Part shown: positions 46,164 to 54,405 of the stretch, in pieces
Layout of the letters: the number at the start of each line of letters is the position of its first letter
Numbering within the stretch: position 1 is the first letter of the stretch
IMG/VR virus record: IMGVR_UViG_3300035703_000058
Coordinates: 11,418 to 75,417 of that record
Length of the DNA stretch: 64,000 bases
Reading direction: 5' to 3' (one strand)
From: a virus
The notes under the pieces: generated by a model
Databases searched by the model: none
Seen by the model: the letters and a program-made list of their open reading frames with translations, nothing else
What the model was told of the DNA's origin: nothing
Made by a program: the position numbers and the translations under genes

Positions 46164-47139
46164 CGCGGCCTCGCAGTTCGCCGACAGGGCGGCGCAGATA
46201 GAGGGCGAGGTCCAGCAACGGGCGGTGCCGATGCTTGGCGATCGTGGGCCCATGCTGGGCGATCAGCGGCAGCGCCTCTGCCCCGCCGCTGTAGGCGCCG
46301 CTGACGAGGGCCTCTTCGCGCACCCCCGCCAGCAACAGGGCCTCGATGGCTTCGATCAGCCGCGCGAGTGTCGGCGCCCTGTAGGTGATGCTCTGCCCGG
46401 CGAACCAGACGACCCGCGGCGCGCCCGGCCGCCACTGCTCGGGCATCGCGAAAAGCGCGCAATGCTTCTTCTCGACGCTCAGCACGTTGGCGCCGAGGTG
46501 GCCGCCGTCGAGGTCGTCGCGCAGCAGGTGGCGACGCATCGCGGGCTTCTCGGCGTCGGTCATCGGGCGCCAGCGCGGCATGCCGTTCGGGTCGGGCAAC
46601 GTGACGTGGTGCCAGACGAAGAACCGCTGCTCCAGCCCCGGAGCGAGGCGGTCGGCCGGGTAGGCGCCGACGTAGCGGACGGGGCCAACGTCGCCGGGCG
46701 CGACGCGCTGGCGGTCGAGCTGTGCGGCCCACGCATCCTCCGCGCTCTTCGGCGTCGCGGGCGTCCACAGCCCGATCGTGCCGTCCGCAAGCTCCAGCAC
46801 GAGGCGCTTCTGTGCGGGCGCGCCGTCGATGCAGACCTCGGTGCGCCGGTTGCCCCGCCAGGCCAACGTGGCACGCTCCCGCAGACGCTCGGCCGCGAGC
46901 GACCCGGGCAACGCAAAGCCACTCGCCAGCGTCCACCCACAGGCGGCGCACAGGTGGGTCGCGTGGCCAGCCCGGGCGAAGTCACGGGCCGGAAACGTGT
47001 CGGGCAGCAACCGCAGCGGCCACCCCTCGCCGGACGCATTCACCCCACACCACCAGCAGGGACCGGTGTAGGCGGTAAAATCGGGATGTGTGGGGCGGCC
47101 TGCGGCCTCCCACAGCACCCATGTCGCGCTCGGCATCAT
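46150..47139 (-). CDS. csf1: type IV large subunit Csf1 (Cas8-like)
   Basis: N-terminal CWWCG...DTF...D.......LCAACGW Zn-binding signature; KKH motif; first gene of csf operon. Confidence 0.82.
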   Translation of the reverse strand: MMPSATWVLWEAAGRPTHPDFTAYTGPCWWCGVNASGEGWPLRLLPDTFPARDFARAGHATHLCAACGWTLASGFALPGSLAAERLRERATLAWRGNRRTEVCIDGAPAQKRLVLELADGTIGLWTPATPKSAEDAWAAQLDRQRVAPGDVGPVRYVGAYPADRLAPGLEQRFFVWHHVTLPDPNGMPRWRPMTDAEKPAMRRHLLRDDLDGGHLGANVLSVEKKHCALFAMPEQWRPGAPRVVWFAGQSITYRAPTLARLIEAIEALLLAGVREEALVSGAYSGGAEALPLIAQHGPTIAKHRHRPLLDLALYLRRPVGELRGRDASP

Positions 47140-47179
47140 GTAGGCCATGTACCCCAACGGGCCACAACGCGCAACCCTG

Positions 47180-47530
47180 CTACTCGGCGACCGACACCGC
47201 CCCCGCCAGCCACGGCCCAAGCGGCGGCGGCAGCTTCGCCGCGTACAGCGCCAGCACCGCGGCGTCCACCACCTCGTCGTGGCCGGCATCGCGCAGCCCA
47301 CGCCCCAGCCCGGCGAGCGCCACCACCAACAGGGACAACAGATCCAGGTTAGCCCGCGCCGCAGACGCCAACAGGCGCCCGATCGGGGTGTCGTCGAGCG
47401 TCATCCCGTAGACGACATCGGCGATGACGATGGCGTCGCGGGGGTCGTCGGGATCGTGGGGACCCAGCTCGGGCTGGGTCGCGCCAGGGCAACCGTGGAT
47501 CAGGTCGGTCAACTCGCACAGGTCGTACAT
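47180..47530 (-). CDS. hypothetical protein upstream of csf1
   Basis: GAGG RBS before ATG 47530 (MYDLCELTDL). Confidence 0.55.
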   Translation of the reverse strand: MYDLCELTDLIHGCPGATQPELGPHDPDDPRDAIVIADVVYGMTLDDTPIGRLLASAARANLDLLSLLVVALAGLGRGLRDAGHDEVVDAAVLALYAAKLPPPLGPWLAGAVSVAE

Positions 47531-47746
47531 CGGCACCTCGTCTGGTACATGGCGCGAGCAGGCGAAGTGTGAATCTTTTTCTGCATGTTGGCGCGTTGGT
47601 TAGCTCGGCCATCGGACCGGTTGTACACTTCGCCAACGTTCGGCCTTTCCGCGTGGGGCCGTGAATGGCGCCGACCCCCGGTGCGTCTACGCGCGACTTG
47701 CCACCAAAGGCTGTCCGGCGTAGAGTGGCGGTCAAAAGGAGTCCCC

Positions 47747-48310
47747 ATGCTCACACTCGCTCTTCTCGCCCTGCTCGGATGCGCCCCCACCTGCAACGAG
47801 GTGGAGGGGGCGATCTGTGCGGACGACGTTCAGGCGCTGCAGGAGCGTATGGACCAGCTCGAAGCCGCTGGCGCCACCTACGCCTGGTTCGACCAGGACG
47901 GCGTCCAGGTGACCGATGGGCCGGAGCTGGTGTGGTTTGACGAGGCGGGGGTGCTTTGGCAGGTGGACGCCGATCGAGGCATCCCCGACGCCTACGCCAC
48001 CGAATACGACGTGGCGGGAACGGTCTTCCACATGACCGAGGACTGCTCGGACCCCGGCTACTACGGCGGGTTGGCCTCGCCCAAGGTGGCCTTCTACAAC
48101 GGGGACGCCCGCGACGATTACCCGGTCTACGTGCGCGATGCGTCACCCGACGAGATTTACGCCCGGGCCGTGGCTTACGAGGCCGATAGCGGCGAGTGCC
48201 GCGAGGGCGGGCCGAATCGTGACCAGCACCTGGTTCCGACGACCGAGCTGCACGAGATTGCCCGACCCGATGTGGTGTGGCCAGCCCCGCTCTACCCGAA
48301 GACCTTGTAG
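47747..48310 (+). CDS. predicted lipoprotein
   Basis: AAAAGGAG RBS; MLTLALLALLG-C lipobox; acidic mature domain. Confidence 0.8.
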   Translation: MLTLALLALLGCAPTCNEVEGAICADDVQALQERMDQLEAAGATYAWFDQDGVQVTDGPELVWFDEAGVLWQVDADRGIPDAYATEYDVAGTVFHMTEDCSDPGYYGGLASPKVAFYNGDARDDYPVYVRDASPDEIYARAVAYEADSGECREGGPNRDQHLVPTTELHEIARPDVVWPAPLYPKTL

Positions 48311-48316
48311 CGGGGA

Positions 48317-49525
48317 CTACATTCCAGGCGCCTGGATGTGGCCCTCGGTGTACTCGACCGTCACGTCGGCTACCTTGCAGCCACCGCCGGTCTTGTCCAG
48401 TATCAAACGCCAAAAGTAGTAGTACGTACTCGGATCCAGCGTTTGACTGATGGCCCCGGAATCAAACAACGTCCAGGCGCCCGTGGTTGCGAATTCGGTG
48501 GCCTCGGTGTAGTTGAGTAGCACGCCCTCCGCACCTGCTCCGTTTCTGGCCACCCTCACAAATTCCAAGCTGAGCTGGTCACCCGCGGCGTTGCGGTTGT
48601 AGCGCAACTTGATCTGGGTGATGGCCCGCCTCGCACCCGCATTGATCGCCGTAGTGGTGTTCACCGGCAGCACCAACGGCCGGATGAGCGGCACATAGGT
48701 GCCGTCGGTGGGCTCCACATACGGAGGTGTCGCGCCCACGAACATCGTCAGCGTGCCATAGGCGCCTGACCCATCCTGGATCATGCTCACCCACCCACCC
48801 GCATAGGGCGAGATATCCAGCTCAAAGGTCTGTACGCTGGAGTAACGGACGAAGGTGTTGTCGACCGCGTACGGCTCCAAGGTCACACCCTCGTTGGCGG
48901 TCAGGAGTCCCGCCGCCGTGAGGGCCGCCTGCACGTTCACGCTGCCATCCACGTCCAGGTTCGCCACCCCCGCCCCGGTGTTCCGCACGTAGAGGGTCTG
49001 GTTGGAGCCGCTGCTGACCTCGAAGGCCCAGGCCGCCGACGCCGCCAGCGTAGACCGCCACACGCCGCCGACCAGCTCCAGCTCCACCCGCGTCGCCGAG
49101 CCGATGGCGTCAACCTGCAGGATGACCGCCTCGGCGAGCGAGGCACCAACCCCGATCGTCGCGGTGTTGTCGCTGGCCCGCCCGGCGTCTCGGAACTCCA
49201 GCCGCCCGCCCTGACCGGCCCCGGTGCCCTCGCCGCGGATGACGACGGAGTCGCACACGATGTCCTCATGCGACCCGTCGGCGATGGCGCCGCCGAAGGC
49301 GTCGGTGGTGTTGGCGGTGTAGTGCTCTTCGGCGAAGGGGGTGCCAGCCTCGTTGGTGAGCCACTCCAGATACTCCCCGATCTCGTAGAGCGCGCGGTTG
49401 AGTTGCGAGGCCGTCAGCAGGTCGTAGCTGGCGTAGCCGTCCAGCCGGAGCTGGTTGGGCAGCACGGTGGAGGCGGGTGGCGACGTGGTGGCCCACTGGA
49501 AGACGGAAAAGGCGGGGATGGCCAC
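48317..49525 (-). CDS. tail fibre/receptor-binding protein
   Basis: AGGAG RBS, GTG 49525; N-terminal WAT...P......GY......A...N......YLEWL baseplate-anchor motif; lower-GC C-terminus. Confidence 0.78.
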   Translation of the reverse strand: MAIPAFSVFQWATTSPPASTVLPNQLRLDGYASYDLLTASQLNRALYEIGEYLEWLTNEAGTPFAEEHYTANTTDAFGGAIADGSHEDIVCDSVVIRGEGTGAGQGGRLEFRDAGRASDNTATIGVGASLAEAVILQVDAIGSATRVELELVGGVWRSTLAASAAWAFEVSSGSNQTLYVRNTGAGVANLDVDGSVNVQAALTAAGLLTANEGVTLEPYAVDNTFVRYSSVQTFELDISPYAGGWVSMIQDGSGAYGTLTMFVGATPPYVEPTDGTYVPLIRPLVLPVNTTTAINAGARRAITQIKLRYNRNAAGDQLSLEFVRVARNGAGAEGVLLNYTEATEFATTGAWTLFDSGAISQTLDPSTYYYFWRLILDKTGGGCKVADVTVEYTEGHIQAPGM

Positions 49526-49533
49526 GGGGGCTC

Positions 49534-50121
49534 CTACGGGTAGAGTTGGCGGGAGAGGGCGCCCGCGCCGAACCCGGCGGGGGTGGCGTTGGCGGGGGAC
49601 TCGAAGCCGACCGGGCTGGCGGTGTACTCGACCAGCAGCATGGTCACCCCGGCGGGCTTGATGGCGACCATGAAGCGCATCACCCGGCCCAGCAGGGCGT
49701 CGGCCAGCGGGGTGGAGCGCCCGAAGTACAACCGAAACCCGGCGGCGAACATGTCGTAGTGGACCGCCACGCAGGGCGCGGCGATCAGCTCCAGGATGGC
49801 CAGCAGCTCGTCCGGTGTGCCGTTGCACTTCCTGGCGAGCAGACGCGCGGCGATGAAGCGCCGGTAGTCGGCGTCGTCCAGCCCTTCGCGGCGCTCGCCG
49901 ACGATGGACCCGAGCAGGTCCAGGTCCGCGTCGTTGGCGGTGTCAAGCCCGAGCGCCAGGGCCCGGGCGGCGATCTCGTCCTCCAGCACCTGACAGCCGT
50001 GGGCGAGCGCGCGGACGAACGCCTCCAGGCGCGGCTTGCCATACAGGCCGGCGGGCAGGTTGTTGACGGCGGCGTCGCCGATGAGGAGGTTGTGTACCAG
50101 CTCGTAGGTGTCGGAGGCCAT
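49534..50121 (-). CDS. baseplate wedge protein (DUF2612/gpI-like)
   Basis: LDTA....LDLLGSIVG..R.GLDD..YR; KPAGV. Confidence 0.85.
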   Translation of the reverse strand: MASDTYELVHNLLIGDAAVNNLPAGLYGKPRLEAFVRALAHGCQVLEDEIAARALALGLDTANDADLDLLGSIVGERREGLDDADYRRFIAARLLARKCNGTPDELLAILELIAAPCVAVHYDMFAAGFRLYFGRSTPLADALLGRVMRFMVAIKPAGVTMLLVEYTASPVGFESPANATPAGFGAGALSRQLYP

Positions 50122-51308
50122 CAGGTCGTGACGCTCGCGGTGCCGTTGAGGGTGCAGCGCTCGTAGAGGTTCGGGGTGACGACGGCGGCGCCGTTGAGGG
50201 TGATGGCGCTGACGCGGCGGACGCCGGTCACCCGCATGATGGCGGTGTCGTCTTCGTCGTCGTTGCGACCGGCCTTGAGGTCGTCGTCGGTGATCTCCTC
50301 ACCGATGGCGGCATCGGCGAAGTAGGCGGCCACGGCGTCTTTGACGGCTTGCGAGACGTCGGCCAGCACGTAGCCGGTGTCCAGCACCACCGTGACGGCG
50401 ACCGTCACCGACAGATCGGCGACGTCATCCCACCGAACTGTTTTCGTCAGCCCATCGCCGCCCGTGATGGTGACGACGTTGTCGCTCCCGTTGGTCTTGA
50501 TGCCCGCGGCCAGCCGCTCATAGACGGTCTCGGCGATCTCTTCCTTCTGCGCCGTCGTGAGGTCGGCGCCGGGCGGATCGAGGATGATGGCGATGGACTG
50601 TGGGTCAAGGTTGACGCCGCCGGTCGTCACCGAGGCGGCGGTGTCGTTCTCGATGACGATGGCCGTGTCGATGTAGTCGAGGTCGGTCAACGCGGCCCGG
50701 ATGGCGTTCGTTGAGCCCGACCCGGCGAACTGCAGCGAGGCCGCCTGTCGCAGCCGGTAGGCGCTGTCCGTCTCCAGGGCGCGGCCCGCGGTGGCGGCGG
50801 CCGCGTTGGACACCGCGGTCCAGCCGGAGACCGGCGTCACGATGGTGTCGATCTCGGTGGCGAGCGCGGCCACCGCCCCGGCTTCGACGGCCTGCACGGT
50901 CGCCGACACGGTGCCCCCGCCGCCGATGGTGGCGTCGTCGGTCAGCGCCCACCGGGCCGCGCCGTCGGTGCCGCCGCCCTCAACAATCTTGCCCTGTGGG
51001 ATGACGGTGCCGGCGGTGCCGGTGAGGGTAACGGTCGCCGTCGAGTGGGTGGCCTGGTTGCGGGCGATGCCACGAAGGGCGCCGATGCCGTCGAGCTGCG
51101 TACCCTGCGCGGAGTCGGGGTCAAGCTGGTCGTTGAGCGACTGCAGGGCTTCGCCAAGGTTGCCCAGCTCGTTGGCGAGCACCGCGAAGAGCACATCGAG
51201 CAGATCGCCGCGCCCGACCTCCACGGTGCCGCCGTTGGCGTCGGCGGCGAAGGCGGAGCGCATTGCGGTGTCGAAGTCGGTCGCGCGGGGCGCGGAGTAG
51301 CTGGCCAT
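50121..51308 (-). CDS. baseplate J-like protein
   Basis: PDSAQG..LD, GTAGTVIPQG, IVTPVSGW, GR..ETD..YR.R, IEND. Confidence 0.92.
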   Translation of the reverse strand: MASYSAPRATDFDTAMRSAFAADANGGTVEVGRGDLLDVLFAVLANELGNLGEALQSLNDQLDPDSAQGTQLDGIGALRGIARNQATHSTATVTLTGTAGTVIPQGKIVEGGGTDGAARWALTDDATIGGGGTVSATVQAVEAGAVAALATEIDTIVTPVSGWTAVSNAAAATAGRALETDSAYRLRQAASLQFAGSGSTNAIRAALTDLDYIDTAIVIENDTAASVTTGGVNLDPQSIAIILDPPGADLTTAQKEEIAETVYERLAAGIKTNGSDNVVTITGGDGLTKTVRWDDVADLSVTVAVTVVLDTGYVLADVSQAVKDAVAAYFADAAIGEEITDDDLKAGRNDDEDDTAIMRVTGVRRVSAITLNGAAVVTPNLYERCTLNGTASVTT

Positions 51309-51314
51309 GGTGTC

Positions 51315-51740
51315 CTATGGCGCCGTGGGCGCCACCACGATGGCGCGCGGGCGAATGGTGATGGCGGGGTAGGTGTTGCCGCCGACCGCCGTGGGCGTCG
51401 CGACGATCTCCAGGTGCGTGCCGTCGGCGGTGACGGCGTTGCCGGTCACGGTGAGCAGGCCGGTGGTGCGGTTGAGGCTGCCGGTCCAGTCGGAGACGCT
51501 GACGACGCCGACGGTCTCCCGGACTTCGCGGCGGACCCGGGCCACGATGGCGTCCACGGCGACCGGCTTCGTGGTGAGCCAGACCACGTACGGGAGGCCC
51601 TTCGTGGCGTCGCGCAGGCCCTCACCGAGATGGGTCGTGAGCCGGATGTAGACGCGCTGCGCGACCAGCTCGGCGCCGACGTGGGGCCGGCCATACAGCG
51701 GCAGATCGCCATCGGTGTCCAGCGCAAGGTCAATCGGCAT
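51315..51740 (-). CDS. baseplate wedge/sheath initiator (gp25/W-like)
   Basis: DLALD..GDL...VAQR...RL.T..GE...D...GLPY...GV. Confidence 0.85.
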   Translation of the reverse strand: MPIDLALDTDGDLPLYGRPHVGAELVAQRVYIRLTTHLGEGLRDATKGLPYVVWLTTKPVAVDAIVARVRREVRETVGVVSVSDWTGSLNRTTGLLTVTGNAVTADGTHLEIVATPTAVGGNTYPAITIRPRAIVVAPTAP

Positions 51741-51743
51741 GGT

Positions 51744-51781
51744 GGGGGGCTATCGCGCCTCGCGGCCCGCGATAGCCCCCC
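51744..51781. promoter_or_regulatory. perfect 14-bp inverted repeat carrying two divergent CGCGATAGCC motifs
   Basis: GGGGGGCTATCGCG-N10-CGCGATAGCCCCCC between divergent structural operons. Confidence 0.7.
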
Positions 51782-51800
51782 GGCAGACCCGGAGCAGCGC

Positions 51801-52610
51801 GTGGCCTCGCTACCCCAGAACGTGAACATCATCGGTGAGCTGTCAGCGTGCCGCCGGCCATCGTGGACCCGGCTGGTGACGACGGCTATCACGTCGGCGC
51901 CCGATGCCGCCGACGATGGCGTCAGCCTCGCCGACGCCGCGAGCCCGGCGTCGCGCATCATGATCTGCCTACGTGAAGACGTGTGGCGCCGCACCGCCCG
52001 GGTGACGGTGACGACCCGTGACGCCGCGACCAACTACACGGTCACCGTCAACGGCACCGCCATCGCCACCACCACCGGCGCCTTCGCCACCAACGACGCC
52101 ATCCTCGTTGAGCTGAAGGCGAAGATCGCCGCCGATGCGACCGTGGGCGGCGCTGCGGCCACGCCGATCGTCACCAGCTACCTCGTCGACAGCAACGGAT
52201 CGACCACCGTGGGCACCGCCGGGGGCGGCAACGCCGCGGTGGCGCTCATCGTCATCGGGCTGGCACAGACCGACTACTCGATCGCCGTCTCGGCGGGCGG
52301 CACCGGCGTGCTCGCCTGCAAAGCGGATCCGCTGACCGCCACTGCCTACATCTACGTGACCGCCGATGGCGTCGCCAACGGCGCCACCACGAACAAGCCC
52401 GCTACGACGGATTGGGCGCTCATCGACGATGGGTCGAAGTCGGTCACCTACCGCGGGTTGGCCCTGAACCTCAACACGGGCGGCTGGGAACGCCTGCATG
52501 TCGAGCTGGGCTCCATCGCCGGACACGCCAGCGACGGCGGCTCCGTCACCTACACCGACACCAACTCCCCCCAGGTCTTCATCGGTCCCGCTTCGCGCGA
52601 GACCTCGTAG
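51801..52610 (+). CDS. putative virion structural protein (Thr/Ala-rich, beta-strand)
   Basis: GGAG RBS, GTG 51801; composition like the decoration-protein insertions. Confidence 0.65.
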   Translation: MASLPQNVNIIGELSACRRPSWTRLVTTAITSAPDAADDGVSLADAASPASRIMICLREDVWRRTARVTVTTRDAATNYTVTVNGTAIATTTGAFATNDAILVELKAKIAADATVGGAAATPIVTSYLVDSNGSTTVGTAGGGNAAVALIVIGLAQTDYSIAVSAGGTGVLACKADPLTATAYIYVTADGVANGATTNKPATTDWALIDDGSKSVTYRGLALNLNTGGWERLHVELGSIAGHASDGGSVTYTDTNSPQVFIGPASRETS

Positions 52611-52619
52611 GAGCTAACT

Positions 52620-54038
52620 ATGGCTGCACGCCCAGAATTGCAGAACATTCACCTTCAGGTGCCCCGGCTGGTGCTGGCGCTGCTCAACGCGGCCGGCAAC
52701 GTGGACCGCACGCAGCTCAGCTTGAGCCCCTGCCTGATCGGCTCCGACGATCCGACCGGTGAAACCGGCCTGCCCGCCGGTTCGCTGATCGTCGGCATTG
52801 ACGGCACCACCCGACAGGTGGACACCGACGGCTCCACCCTGAAGCTGTTCCGCACGTCCGCCGCCGGGGGCACGCAGCCCGACCTCATCTTCACGGCTTC
52901 GACGACCGTCACGATCTCCTCCGGCGTCGCGGCGCTCACCCAGGGCGTACACGCGCTGGCCGGCGAAGGCGGCAACCCCGACACCCTGACGAGCCTCACG
53001 GGGCTGGCGGCTGGTGAGGTGGTGTTTCTCCGCGCCTCCGACTCTGGCGACCCCATCACGATCCAGCACGGTGTCGGCGCCAACCTCATCGCGTGCCCCT
53101 TCGGCAAGGACATCGTTCTCACCCAGTCCTACGACTGGGCGATGGGCTTCTACAACGGCACACAGACGGTCATCCTGGCGTTCTCCACCGTGGCGGCCAA
53201 CGCAGGCGGCGCGGGCGCGATCATCGGGCTGCTTTCGTCGCTGACGACGACCGACAAGGCGAGCGTCGTCGCAGCGATCAACGAGGTGCAGCCGAAGGCC
53301 GCCGTCGTCACCCGCGAGACCACCACGGTCGGAGCCAAGGTGGTGCTCCCGGAGGGCACCGACAACGGCGTCCACACCCTCACCCTGCAGGGCCCGGCGG
53401 CGCTCGCGGCGTCCCGCACGGTCACGTTCCCCGACAGCGACGTCGACCTGACCACCATCGCCACCCACACCGGGCAGATCGCCGCGCTTGGCGCCGAGAA
53501 CACCGACGGCCAACTCCGCATCCCCCTGCTCGCCGGGCAGGCCGATGGTGGCGCCTGGACCAAGGCGGTCACCAGCGGCGGTCTCGTCAGCGTGGCTCGC
53601 ACCGCCGCCGACGCGCCGGACTCGTTCTGGGTCGAGGTGCCGGTGCCCAGCCGGACCACCGCCTCGAAAGGCATCAAGCCCACTGGGCTCCGGGTCAACT
53701 ACAGCGTGGCCACCGCCGACGTGGCCGACGTGCGCTTCGAGCTGTGGAAGGTCACCCAGGGCGCAGACAACGCCGCCCGCACCGCCGCGGTGCTCTTCGG
53801 CGACGACAACGCCGACTACGACGGCGACCACAACACCGCCGCCGAGCGTGGCGACGACACCGCCGCGCCGGAACTGCACCTCGCCATCGTGAGCGACGCC
53901 GGCACCCCGGCCTATCTGGCGGCGGGCGAGACGCTGCTGTTGCGCTGCTACGTGGACGGCGATGCCGGCGCTGCTGGCGTCGTCACGGTGACCGACGCCG
54001 TGCTGCTCTTCTCCGAGACCCTGGTCGATCTGGCATAG
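52620..54038 (+). CDS. putative virion fibre/structural protein
   Basis: AGGAG RBS; LTTTDKASVVAAINEV motif typical of phage fibres; SRTVTFPD. Confidence 0.7.
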   Translation: MAARPELQNIHLQVPRLVLALLNAAGNVDRTQLSLSPCLIGSDDPTGETGLPAGSLIVGIDGTTRQVDTDGSTLKLFRTSAAGGTQPDLIFTASTTVTISSGVAALTQGVHALAGEGGNPDTLTSLTGLAAGEVVFLRASDSGDPITIQHGVGANLIACPFGKDIVLTQSYDWAMGFYNGTQTVILAFSTVAANAGGAGAIIGLLSSLTTTDKASVVAAINEVQPKAAVVTRETTTVGAKVVLPEGTDNGVHTLTLQGPAALAASRTVTFPDSDVDLTTIATHTGQIAALGAENTDGQLRIPLLAGQADGGAWTKAVTSGGLVSVARTAADAPDSFWVEVPVPSRTTASKGIKPTGLRVNYSVATADVADVRFELWKVTQGADNAARTAAVLFGDDNADYDGDHNTAAERGDDTAAPELHLAIVSDAGTPAYLAAGETLLLRCYVDGDAGAAGVVTVTDAVLLFSETLVDLA

Positions 54039-54047
54039 GAGGCTCCG

Positions 54048-54404
54048 ATGGCCCAGCTCACCGTCGCCACCTACGTCGCCGACGCTACCGCGCTCGGCGC
54101 CAACTGGCAGAGGTACATCACACTCACCGACACCACCAAGGCCGTCGAGATCAAGCTCGATGGCGCGGTGGGCGTGGTGTACCTCCAGTCCTCGACCAAC
54201 GACCTGCTGGTCAACGTCGAGGGCACGGCGGGGGTCGCGCTGGACGGCGCCGCCTTCGTCTACGACGCCGACCAGGTGGCGGAGGTAAAGGCGGTTCCCA
54301 CGCGGGCTGCGCCTGGCGCGCCCTATGGGCGGATTTATGTCCAGCCGGGCACGAACCCGACGACCTTGCGGGTGCGCGCCCAGCGCACCACCGCGGACGG
54401 CTGA
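54048..54404 (+). CDS. hypothetical, probably structural, protein
   Basis: AGGAGG RBS, 118 aa. Confidence 0.65.
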   Translation: MAQLTVATYVADATALGANWQRYITLTDTTKAVEIKLDGAVGVVYLQSSTNDLLVNVEGTAGVALDGAAFVYDADQVAEVKAVPTRAAPGAPYGRIYVQPGTNPTTLRVRAQRTTADG

Positions 54405-54405
54405 C

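Noticed and set aside
39350-47750. CRISPR array or mini-array beside the csf genes
   Set aside because: No direct repeats of 25-40 bp with spacers were seen in the few intergenic gaps or elsewhere by eye; a CRISPR-finder run would confirm.
39350-51781. Active invertible segment (Mu G-like)
   Set aside because: No serine or tyrosine invertase and no matching inverted repeats at both ends were seen.
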